Source: an uncultured Alphaproteobacteria bacterium
GTDB taxonomy: Bacteria > Pseudomonadota > Alphaproteobacteria > Rs-D84
Direction: 5' to 3'
Length of the DNA stretch: 64,000 nucleotides
Assembly: GCA_937903135.1 (NCBI GenBank)
Contig: CALDAH010000008.1
Span: forward strand, 1,515 to 65,514
A program made the translations under genes and the position numbers. Under the pieces are notes generated by a model. It was not told where the DNA came from. It saw only the letters and a list, made by a program, of their open reading frames with translations, and made no database searches. Below are positions 35,936 through 44,320 of this stretch, in pieces (position 1 is the stretch's first letter; each line of letters opens with the position of its first letter).

Positions 35936-37573
35936 TCAAGACTGATAAATCTCTTTCTCCTGTCCCTTAAAATCCGTATGCTTTGCGGCGATGACGAATA
36001 ATGTTTGCAGGTCAACCGCAGGTGCGGCGCCATCCATAATATCGGATACTATTTTGGGTGACAGATATGCCAAGGCCAAGTATTTATAAATAGTTCGCTC
36101 TGCATTATGTTCTGTCTTGGCGATTTGTTGTGCGTTTTGGCCACGTTCAAACATGGATTTATATCGCCAACCGTATGCCAACGCGCGCATCAGTTGCAGA
36201 TTATTTTCTTGTATTGTCATAACTGTACGACCACAGGCCTCATACCGGTTTGTTGAAACGCGATTGTTTATTATGACTTGACGTTCAATGATAATGTGTT
36301 GCCCGTCATTGCTTAGGCATGTATTGGCTGATAAGGTCGCATTACACGTGTTTGTATAGCCCGGTGTTTGGAATTCGCCTGCAATGGGCGCAATGTTGAT
36401 ATAGAAAGTCATGTGGCTGTTATTATACACAGCCCGGCCCAGCAAAGTTTCTAATAACTTGGTACGCGTGTCATAGGTCATATTTTCAAAGTCTGTGGCC
36501 TTCCAGGTCTGGGCAATGTCTGCCGGTATAAGTTGTGACAGATCGCCGTTTAACAGTGCCTGGATTGTGTCGCATGTTATACGTTCTATATCGCCGGCGG
36601 CCAAATATATGCCCGGGCGACAATAGTGACGTACATCAGATTTTTTGGTGGATTTGTTTGTAAACATGTTGCCGGCCATATCAAAGATTTCGTGGTGCAG
36701 CATATACCGCCGATGAAGGCATTGCGATGTTCGGCGATTGTTGTTTTGACTTAACAGTTCTTGCGCCGTGTTAAATATGACCTCTGGGACAATACCTTCA
36801 TGCAGGCCGGGGTATGTTTCATTTGTTTTCTTATTCCTAACCTTGCCGATATATACCGGATTACGCAGCAAGTTGTTCAATGCATGTTTGCAAAATACAG
36901 TGCCACCCATAGTGGCCCCTTTCTGCGTTGTCCATCGTTTGTTTTTTATATTGTTCGTAATACACCAGTGGTGCAAATCGGTCAAAGATTGCAACTCATT
37001 ATATTTTTCAAAAATGCGGCATACTGTGACAGTTTCGGCGGGATTTGGTACTAGTTTCTTGTTTATAACATCGTATCCCAGGGGTGGCACACCGCCTGTC
37101 CAAAATCCCTTGGCCTTACTCGCGCGGATTTTATCACGCACGCGTTCGGCGGATACTTCGCGTTCAAATTGGGCAAATGACAGCAACATATTCAACGTCA
37201 ATTTCCCCATTGATGTTGATGTATCAAAAGCTTGGGTAATTGATACAAAATTGCAATTATGTTGTTCAAATTCCCGCATCATATTATGAAAGTCCATGAT
37301 AGAGCGCGACAGTCGGTCAACCTTGTACACCACAACAACCTGAATCAGCCCATCTGCAATATCTGAAAGCATTTGTTTCAACGCGGGTCGTTCCATCATG
37401 CCGCCGGAAATCCCGCCGTCTGTATATGTTTTATAATATTCCCAACCTTGAAAGGACTGGGACAGAATATAATTCCGGCATGCTTCTTCCTGGTTGTGCA
37501 GCGAGTTAAATTCCAGTTCCAGTCCCTTTTCGGTTGATTTTCGTACATAAATCGCGCATTTAATTTTGGCCAT
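35936..37573 (-). CDS. Large serine recombinase
   Basis: Resolvase catalytic domain (AIYVRKSTEKG, DGGISGG..RPAL, VVVYKVDRLSRS) plus a recombinase and zinc-ribbon-type C-terminal extension; 545 aa. Confidence 0.9.
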   Translation of the reverse strand: MAKIKCAIYVRKSTEKGLELEFNSLHNQEEACRNYILSQSFQGWEYYKTYTDGGISGGMMERPALKQMLSDIADGLIQVVVVYKVDRLSRSIMDFHNMMREFEQHNCNFVSITQAFDTSTSMGKLTLNMLLSFAQFEREVSAERVRDKIRASKAKGFWTGGVPPLGYDVINKKLVPNPAETVTVCRIFEKYNELQSLTDLHHWCITNNIKNKRWTTQKGATMGGTVFCKHALNNLLRNPVYIGKVRNKKTNETYPGLHEGIVPEVIFNTAQELLSQNNNRRTSQCLHRRYMLHHEIFDMAGNMFTNKSTKKSDVRHYCRPGIYLAAGDIERITCDTIQALLNGDLSQLIPADIAQTWKATDFENMTYDTRTKLLETLLGRAVYNNSHMTFYINIAPIAGEFQTPGYTNTCNATLSANTCLSNDGQHIIIERQVIINNRVSTNRYEACGRTVMTIQENNLQLMRALAYGWRYKSMFERGQNAQQIAKTEHNAERTIYKYLALAYLSPKIVSDIMDGAAPAVDLQTLFVIAAKHTDFKGQEKEIYQS

Positions 37574-38001
37574 TTTTGAGCCCCTTATTATTCAATCCAA
37601 AGAAATCTGTGCCGGACACTTTCATGCCGATCATGGCGTATGCGGCGGCAGATAAACTGGGGTATGTTTTGCCGTTGTATTCAAAACGGTTATCGGCAAT
37701 CACACGCAGGGTAAATAATTGCCCCTTATAAGTTTTGCGAATAAGCGTTCCGGGCTTTAATTCGTATTTTACGGGCACTTTTTAAGTATTCATCCGGTGC
37801 CCTGGCATATTTGTTTAGACGGGTAACGTACTTTTATGCCAGGTGACGTTTATACCGCGTGCATTGAATCCGATACCATAACGGCCGAATAAGATTCTTT
37901 GGCGACAATGTCGTCGGATTATGGGTAATTTGCAGCCATAACAGCGGCATTTGCTCTTTTGGCATAGCGCGCAATTCCGCGTAAGTTTCTGGTATTTTCA
38001 T
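37560..38001 (-). pseudogene. DUF2924-like gene disrupted by an in-frame TAA and a frameshift
   Basis: The N-terminal part (ATG 38001; ...LIRPLWYRIQC...) stops at TAA 37836-37834. The C-terminal part (GTLIRKTYKG..FTLRV..FEYNGKTYPSLSAAAYAMIG..SGTDFFGL) lies in another frame from 37778. Confidence 0.55.
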
Positions 38002-38385
38002 AGCGCTTCCTGTGTACTGTTACGCAATGAATGATTATGTACGGCGATAAGTCAAATGAAATAAAATCTGTTTTATAATTTGCAAATCTGCCACATGTAA
38101 TGTAAAATACGACTGAATCCAGTGGGAATTGGGTTCGGGGCCTTCATAAGCCTAGTTTAAATCCGGTGCAGTTTTGCATCGTTATCTGATGTGGTGCAAA
38201 CTGCACTTTTATCAGCCCTGACTATTAATGTCGGGGAGCTGTTGTTATATAACAGGCACGTAGCTAAAAGCAACAGGAATCCAGTGATTTAAACTGATTT
38301 TATGAACTCCCCGACCGTCAATTCTTGTTGGCGGTTTTCTTATTGCCGTTTTCAGATGGATTCCAATAAAGGGAAAGTGGCTATT

Positions 38386-41300
38386 ATGTCCAAACAAATG
38401 ATTATTTATTGGTATACCACAAAGAAGCAGTTCAATGAGATTGAGCCGGGTCAAACTTGGTGTATTGGTGAGGTCGACCCAAATGCTAATAAATATTTTG
38501 GCATGTCCACCGCAAAAGCAGCCGAAACCCGTGTGCGTGAGGAGTTGGGAAAAGTCAAAGACGGTGCACGCATAACCTTTGATGACATTGATGATTTAGA
38601 ATACGATTCCTTTGAATTTCCAAATCCAACCAACAAAGAAAAAGGTATGGATAAAGATATCCATGCAATGTTAAAAACCATTAACTGTAAGCAAATTGCC
38701 ACCGAATGGTTTAACACTACTCCCGATGAAATAAAACGCGTTATAAGCCATTTGATTGACGGAACACCACTTGGAACAAAATACGAATTACGCAAAAGAC
38801 AAGGTGACGCAATCAAAGTATTCAAAAAAGCATTGGATAACAAACAAAAAAAGTTTGGTTTATTTGCAATGCCACGGTTTGGAAAAACGATTTGTTCTTT
38901 TGAAATGATGAATTTGTTATTTGAAAGATTCCCGGACAAAAAATACATATTCTTTATTTCCGCAAAATTGGACGCCGAACAGGCATTGCGAGAGGATTAT
39001 TACAAATTTGACCAAAGTTGTAATTTCAAATTGTGTCTATATGATTCAGATATCAAAGTCACATTAGAGGATTTGCAAAAAAATAAATATCTGTTCTTTG
39101 CAAGCAAACAATGGTTTGACGGTAAAAGTTTGGCCGAAATAAGAAAACGATTCCCGTGTGTAAATCACGATGATTGTGCGGCCGTATTTTTTGATGAGGC
39201 ACACTTTGCTCGTATGACCGATAATGCCCAGGGAACAATACGCTTATTGAATCCATACATGCAAATTGACATTACGGGTACACCGTTCAGATTAAAAACA
39301 AATGAAGATTACGATGACAATAATTCGTATGTTTATAGCGTTTTGGACGAATATGACGATTATGAAAATTCAGATAACAAAGAGGCATTCCGATTAAAGA
39401 ATCCTGAAATGGTTTATATCACACCGAAAAACGAATTCTTTAAAACAGACAGTTCTTTTGGTGAGTTCTTTGACAGTGACGGGTGCCAAGACGCTATCAA
39501 AGAATGGGTTGAAAAAACATTCTATGGTGGGCAATTTAACATAGATGGCAAACCGTTACCAATTACTAACGCCATTGTTGTTTTACCACCACGCCGTAAA
39601 TATTGTGATTTATTTGCCAGTGCAGTTAATGAATTGGTGCGTGCGAATAAATACGCGATTAAATGCACCAAAACCACAACCAAAGATAATGATGACAGAG
39701 ATTACATTCCAGATAACGAACAAAGATTCAAAGAATGGAATCGTATGTGTAAAAATGAACCAAATTGTTTTCATTTGTTGGTGACTATTGGCAAAGGATT
39801 ACAGGCCGTTTCATTTCCTGATTGTCACGCGGTTATTATGTTGAATGATATGACCTCACCAGAACAATATATCCAGGCAGCGTTCCGTAGTAAAACACCA
39901 AATGGTGTCAAAAAAGAGGCATATGTTGTTGATTATAACAAAGGTCGTACATTACAGGTAATTGATACATTCATCAAAAACCATTTGTTGGTTAAGGCAT
40001 GTGATGTAAATTATAAAACAGAATATCAGCGTGCTTTATCGCGTATTCAAATTCGTGACCACACACTTGTTCGCCAAGAATACACATTTGAGGAAATATT
40101 CCAAACATTCATATCAAACTGGAATATAGAAAGAATTACAGACTCTATAGACTTTGATATAGATAAATTGGTTACCAAGATAGATTTAAGTCGGGTTAAA
40201 TTGGCAGATTTACAAAAACCACACCAATTAACGTTACAATTAACAGAACGAGGTGATAATTATGAACAAGTGGCCCTTGATGAACCTGTCCCGAACGCAG
40301 ATGACGGTGGCGAAGTGGCCAAATATTTGGCGCCTGATTGGCTTGAAAAACACATTGAAAAATTGAAAGCAGATCTGATCAGATACGGTTATATCCCATT
40401 TAAAGGTGAGGAATCAGACAGGGTAAAAGACATAAATCCGGATGAAATACAACGCCGTGAATTGCCGGTTGGTAAAGATGATGATACAAAAGAAGTATGG
40501 TCGTATCTTGGGGGTGATGGTGATTGGGATGATATATACATTGATGAATCTGGGTTGTCGGCATCAACCGTTCGTTGGAAATATGTTATAAATAACAGAT
40601 TTGTAAATGTTACAGGCGAGGCTGCACATGGTGACGGTGCCGTTGATATCAAGAAAGCAAAAGCATTTATAAACGCAATTATCCGTTATTTACCTGCGTA
40701 TTTCTTGGTATCTGGTGTTCCAAATGGATTTGATGATTTCAAAGACCGTTTCGGTCGTCAAACCGTTTCTGAAAAGCATAAAGAGCGTCAGTTATTCCGT
40801 GAATTTATGGGAATGGGTATAGATTACCGTTATATCATTGAAATATTAAAAGTATGTGATGCTGGCAGTCGTGAACAAATAATTGCGTATTGTGCGGATA
40901 AAGTTGCCAAATGCTATCAAGACGATAAGTTGATTCCAGAAAATGTTTTGGAATTACTTTGGGTTTACAAAAAAGATGGCAGTCGTCCAGTTCCAAAATT
41001 ACTGGCGGATAAAATGCGTGGCGACAAAAACTACGACATTGTTGTATGCGGTGGTTATTGGTTAACCGATGATACAACAAAAATGTATATCACTGACAGT
41101 TTTGGTGAGGCTAAGGTTATGGAAAAACTGCGTCCAAACTGCCGTGTAATTTATACTAACGATATTTTACAAACCCTTCAAAATGAAAAAGAAACAATCA
41201 TGAAATTCAAAGCGTTCGTCATGAATCCCCCTTACGGCAATCTGCATTTACCGATATTAAAAAAAATGATAGAGGAAATCGTAGAAAATGGTGGCAACGG

Positions 41301-41892
41301 TGTTAGCTTGCAACCGTCTGATTGGACAAAACTTAATGAGTTTAATTTTGGAGCTTGGGAAAAAATAGGAAAAAATATTTGTTCAATTACAACGTTGGAT
41401 GAAAAAACAAAAAATAAGGCGTTTGATGGAACGACTATTCGATCTAATTTATCAATTTTTGTCTTAGATCCCAACGGTGGATGTGAATTGAGTTTTTCTG
41501 ATGTTGAACTGGCTCTTATAAAAAAATTAAGAGCGAAGACAAGTTTACGTTCTATCTATCCAAAAACAAATGGTGCTTATGATTTACCTTTGTGTGGCGA
41601 CTGTGGACATGCCAAAGGTTGGCATATGACAATTTGTGATATGCTGTCCGGAAATCCGTCAGCCAGATTAAGATTTAGAACACAAGAAGAACGTGATAAT
41701 TTTAGAAACTCTTTAGAGTTAGATGCCTATCAATATCTCGTCACTATAGATGGCGGTGCGATACCAGCACATTTACCGTGGTTAGAAGATTATACCCAAC
41801 CATGGACCAATGAACGCTTTTATGAATATTTTGGTATAACGCCTAATGAACAACAAATAATAGAAAAAGTAATTTCTGGTATAAAAGGATAA
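38386..41892 (+). CDS. T5orf172/GIY-YIG-like + SF2 (ResIII/SNF2-like) helicase + NPPY N6-adenine-type methyltransferase fusion protein
   Basis: The N-terminus follows the T5orf172 pattern (IIYWYTT, WCIGEV, DIHAMLK...ATEWF). Helicase motifs are AMPRFGKT (I), FFDEAHFA (II), ITGTPF (III) and QAAFRSKTP (VI). The C-terminus has FKAFVMNPPYG (IV). The start is probably ATG 38386; ORF-track start is 38302. Confidence 0.7.
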   Translation: MSKQMIIYWYTTKKQFNEIEPGQTWCIGEVDPNANKYFGMSTAKAAETRVREELGKVKDGARITFDDIDDLEYDSFEFPNPTNKEKGMDKDIHAMLKTINCKQIATEWFNTTPDEIKRVISHLIDGTPLGTKYELRKRQGDAIKVFKKALDNKQKKFGLFAMPRFGKTICSFEMMNLLFERFPDKKYIFFISAKLDAEQALREDYYKFDQSCNFKLCLYDSDIKVTLEDLQKNKYLFFASKQWFDGKSLAEIRKRFPCVNHDDCAAVFFDEAHFARMTDNAQGTIRLLNPYMQIDITGTPFRLKTNEDYDDNNSYVYSVLDEYDDYENSDNKEAFRLKNPEMVYITPKNEFFKTDSSFGEFFDSDGCQDAIKEWVEKTFYGGQFNIDGKPLPITNAIVVLPPRRKYCDLFASAVNELVRANKYAIKCTKTTTKDNDDRDYIPDNEQRFKEWNRMCKNEPNCFHLLVTIGKGLQAVSFPDCHAVIMLNDMTSPEQYIQAAFRSKTPNGVKKEAYVVDYNKGRTLQVIDTFIKNHLLVKACDVNYKTEYQRALSRIQIRDHTLVRQEYTFEEIFQTFISNWNIERITDSIDFDIDKLVTKIDLSRVKLADLQKPHQLTLQLTERGDNYEQVALDEPVPNADDGGEVAKYLAPDWLEKHIEKLKADLIRYGYIPFKGEESDRVKDINPDEIQRRELPVGKDDDTKEVWSYLGGDGDWDDIYIDESGLSASTVRWKYVINNRFVNVTGEAAHGDGAVDIKKAKAFINAIIRYLPAYFLVSGVPNGFDDFKDRFGRQTVSEKHKERQLFREFMGMGIDYRYIIEILKVCDAGSREQIIAYCADKVAKCYQDDKLIPENVLELLWVYKKDGSRPVPKLLADKMRGDKNYDIVVCGGYWLTDDTTKMYITDSFGEAKVMEKLRPNCRVIYTNDILQTLQNEKETIMKFKAFVMNPPYGNLHLPILKKMIEEIVENGGNGVSLQPSDWTKLNEFNFGAWEKIGKNICSITTLDEKTKNKAFDGTTIRSNLSIFVLDPNGGCELSFSDVELALIKKLRAKTSLRSIYPKTNGAYDLPLCGDCGHAKGWHMTICDMLSGNPSARLRFRTQEERDNFRNSLELDAYQYLVTIDGGAIPAHLPWLEDYTQPWTNERFYEYFGITPNEQQIIEKVISGIKG

Positions 41893-42419
41893 TGACCCGT
41901 AAAAAGCAGCTTTATAATTGTAATAATTCTGCAGATGATCTTGGGTTGACCAAGCAAGAAAGGCAATCTGCAGGTGCCTTTCATACGCCAAGACATCTCG
42001 CAATTGAAATGGCAAAGAAATTATTTCCAAAATATGCCAAATGTAAAACCAAGCAGGAAATAATTGAAAAGTTTGGTCAGGAAGGTATAGATTTTCTAAA
42101 AGATTTCAGATTAATTGATCCTTGTTGTGGTACTGGCAATTTGTTAGCGGCAGCCATGAATATCTATAAATGGATTGATGAAGAAGATATTTACGGGGTT
42201 GATATAGAATATAGAGCAATAGAATTTTGTCTGAAAAAATTTCCACATGGACATTTCCAAGTAGGCGATTGTTTAACAGAAGATATAACTAGTGAAAAGT
42301 TCTGGGAAAATGAACCATGTGGAATGTTTGGACAATTAAAGGCCAGACAATTATCTGCTGTTAAACAGGCATTAAAAAACAAATCTAATAAAGGCAAAAA
42401 AGTAAAAAACACTATTTAA
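41892..42419 (+). CDS. Truncated/partial gamma-class N6-adenine methyltransferase (motifs X, I, II, III only)
   Basis: FHTPRHLAIEM (X), LIDPCCGTGNLL (I), IYGVDIE (II) and VGDCL (III); no NPPY. Its start overlaps the upstream stop (TAATG). Confidence 0.6.
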   Translation: MTRKKQLYNCNNSADDLGLTKQERQSAGAFHTPRHLAIEMAKKLFPKYAKCKTKQEIIEKFGQEGIDFLKDFRLIDPCCGTGNLLAAAMNIYKWIDEEDIYGVDIEYRAIEFCLKKFPHGHFQVGDCLTEDITSEKFWENEPCGMFGQLKARQLSAVKQALKNKSNKGKKVKNTI

Positions 42420-42495
42420 TAAAATATTATCGCCAATAATATTATTTGTTGTTTTCGTGGTTAAACAACTTTGCTGGACGAATTGCTCTGTAGTG

Positions 42496-42711
42496 TTAAT
42501 CCAAATTAAACCATTGTTTGGCGGTTTGGCGCAGATGCGCCGAACCGCCGTTTTCTATGTCATGGGCAAATGCTTCTAATTCGTGTCCCAGGTTATTTGA
42601 CGCCAGTGCACGAAGGCAGGCCAGGACGATATCGCTATTACTGGCATCTGCTGGCAGGGTTATTGTGATATTCGGGTGTTTTGGCATGTTTAGCACCTTT
42701 GTTTGTGACAT
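42496..42711 (-). CDS. Hypothetical small protein
   Basis: 71-codon ORF in the GC-richer segment; no motifs recognised. Confidence 0.3.
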   Translation of the reverse strand: MSQTKVLNMPKHPNITITLPADASNSDIVLACLRALASNNLGHELEAFAHDIENGGSAHLRQTAKQWFNLD

Positions 42712-42750
42712 TACTGCTTACATTTGTGCATAAGTCAAATCAATTATCGC

Positions 42751-43377
42751 TTAAAAGATTTCGCAACGGACTGGGCCGTATTTCGCGCGTGACCATGCGT
42801 ATTTGACGCCATGGGCAAATGCGTCGCATTGGTCTTTGAATGTGCTGGATGGGAATGTCAGTAATTCCGCGCGAAAATCCGTCCACCACGGCCCGGCAAC
42901 AGATGGAAATAACACGATCCCTTCTGCAAGATAAAAGGTTATTCCGTTAAATCTTGTTATCTTATCAGTATCTGCGGGAACGACCTTTACATGCCCATTA
43001 TATTTTGTCACGGTTTTTAGGTGTTGTATTAACTGCGTGCCGGATGAGGCGTCTTCTATAACAACGGACGGATAACCGCATCGTGGGTACTGGGCGGTTG
43101 TCGTGTCAAATAATTCATCAACCTTTTTCACAAGTTCGGGGAAAGAAAGTTTGGCACGAACAACGTTCAAAAGGTAAATTTTTCGGTTGGTTCTGTTCAC
43201 CCCCAATATTACAAACGCGGAATACGCATTATTCGGCCCTGTTTTTGACGCGGTATCACATGCGATGACAAGTTCAGAAAATTGTGGCAAATCACCGTTA
43301 TAATAGTGCAGCCACTCTTCCTTTACCATATTCCCGTCGGCCGGTGTCGGCAATGCGATATGCACGTTTCTGGGCAT
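42751..43377 (-). pseudogene. Phage terminase large subunit, C-terminal nuclease domain only
   Basis: VIACDTASKTG..YSAFVILG...IYLLNV..., VVIEDASSG, KITRF and FPSSTFKDQCDAFAH match the RNase-H-like terminase C-terminal domain. The ATPase domain is absent. Confidence 0.6.
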
Positions 43378-43618
43378 CCGTCAGATGCGACAGGATTATC
43401 GCCGGCACCTCGGTCATGCCGGCCTCCTGGGCCGCCGCCACGCGCCCATGCCCGGCGATGATTTCCAGATTTTCGTCCAGCAGGATCGGATTGATGAACC
43501 CGAATTCTCTGATGGATTCTCGTATCTTCGCCACCTGAGCGCGATTATGCAACTTCGGGTTGTTTTTATACGCCCGAATGTCGGTTAGTTTTATGTTTTG
43601 TATAGTCAAATCTGTCAT
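43298..43618 (-). pseudogene. ParB-like nuclease N-terminal domain fragment
   Basis: IRAYKNNPKLH...IRESIREFGFINPILLD..EIIAGHGRVAAA...QKRAYRIAD. It then runs out of frame into the terminase fragment with an 80-nt overlap. Confidence 0.55.
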
Positions 43619-43648
43619 AGATTCACCTTTTCGTTGTTTGTTTATCTT

Positions 43649-43669
43649 CCCTATAAAATTTTTATAGGG
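43649..43669. promoter_or_regulatory. 21-bp palindrome upstream of the ParB-like fragment
   Basis: CCCTATAAAA-T-TTTTATAGGG, about 30 bp from ATG 43618. Confidence 0.4.
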
Positions 43670-43877
43670 GCCTAACTGTTTAGGGAAAGTTAAAGTTTAC
43701 TCAGGGCGCGCGCCCAGAAACCTATAGACTTTCCATCTTATAAGGCGATCTGAAAGTTTACTCGGGGTGTTCTGTTGGTAATTTAAAGCTAGCTATGGTA
43801 TTTTGGGTAAATAGTGATGGAAAAAAATACATTTTTATGATATAATATTTGGTAAGCTAAACAGGAGGGGGAGAGTT

Positions 43878-44252
43878 ATGTGTCGGGTGCTTTTATCGAT
43901 TAACCCAGAATACGTGGAAAAGATTTTCTCCGGTGAGAAAGAATTTGAATTCCGTAAAAATCGTTGCAAATCCGATGTCGATAAAATGGTTATTTATTGC
44001 ACCGCGCCAGTTATGAAAGTAATTGGGGAGGCGGATATTGTTGAGATACTAGAGGATAGCCCATCCGTTGTATGGAAAAAAACGCAGAATAAATCTGGTG
44101 TTACTAAGGATTTCTATGATTCTTATTATGCGGGGCGCACAAAATCAGTGGCTTATAAATTAGCGAATATTAAAAAATACAAGAGTCCAAAAACTTTAAA
44201 ATCATTTGGTATTGCCTCTGCGCCACAATCATTTGTTTACTTGTCTCGATAA
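43878..44252 (+). CDS. ASCH-domain protein (COG4933-like)
   Basis: LLSINPEYVEKIFSGEKEFEFRK..., MKVIGEADIVEILE..P..VW and SAPQSFVYL follow the stand-alone ASCH pattern. RBS GGAGGGGGAG. Confidence 0.75.
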   Translation: MCRVLLSINPEYVEKIFSGEKEFEFRKNRCKSDVDKMVIYCTAPVMKVIGEADIVEILEDSPSVVWKKTQNKSGVTKDFYDSYYAGRTKSVAYKLANIKKYKSPKTLKSFGIASAPQSFVYLSR

Positions 44253-44320
44253 TTTTTATTTTACCCCTTGATTTTGGCAGCTTTTTTATTAAATACTATC
44301 TGTAATAGGATTTTATCTAT

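Noticed and set aside
38166-38210. Imperfect 13-bp-stem hairpin (GTGCAGTTTTGCA ... TGCAAACTGCAC) + TTTT upstream of the helicase-MTase gene, considered as a terminator or ncRNA
   Set aside because: No upstream plus-strand gene or promoter was identified. The stem has a bulge and a 16-nt loop. It could be a leftover terminator of the disrupted element, so its function is left uncalled.
43692-43767. 15-bp direct repeat AAAGTTTACTC(A/G)GGG (43692 and 43753) between the ParB fragment and the ASCH gene, considered as an element boundary or att site
   Set aside because: There are only two imperfect copies 61 bp apart inside one intergenic region. They are more likely promoter or operator elements, and the evidence is not enough for a separate claim.
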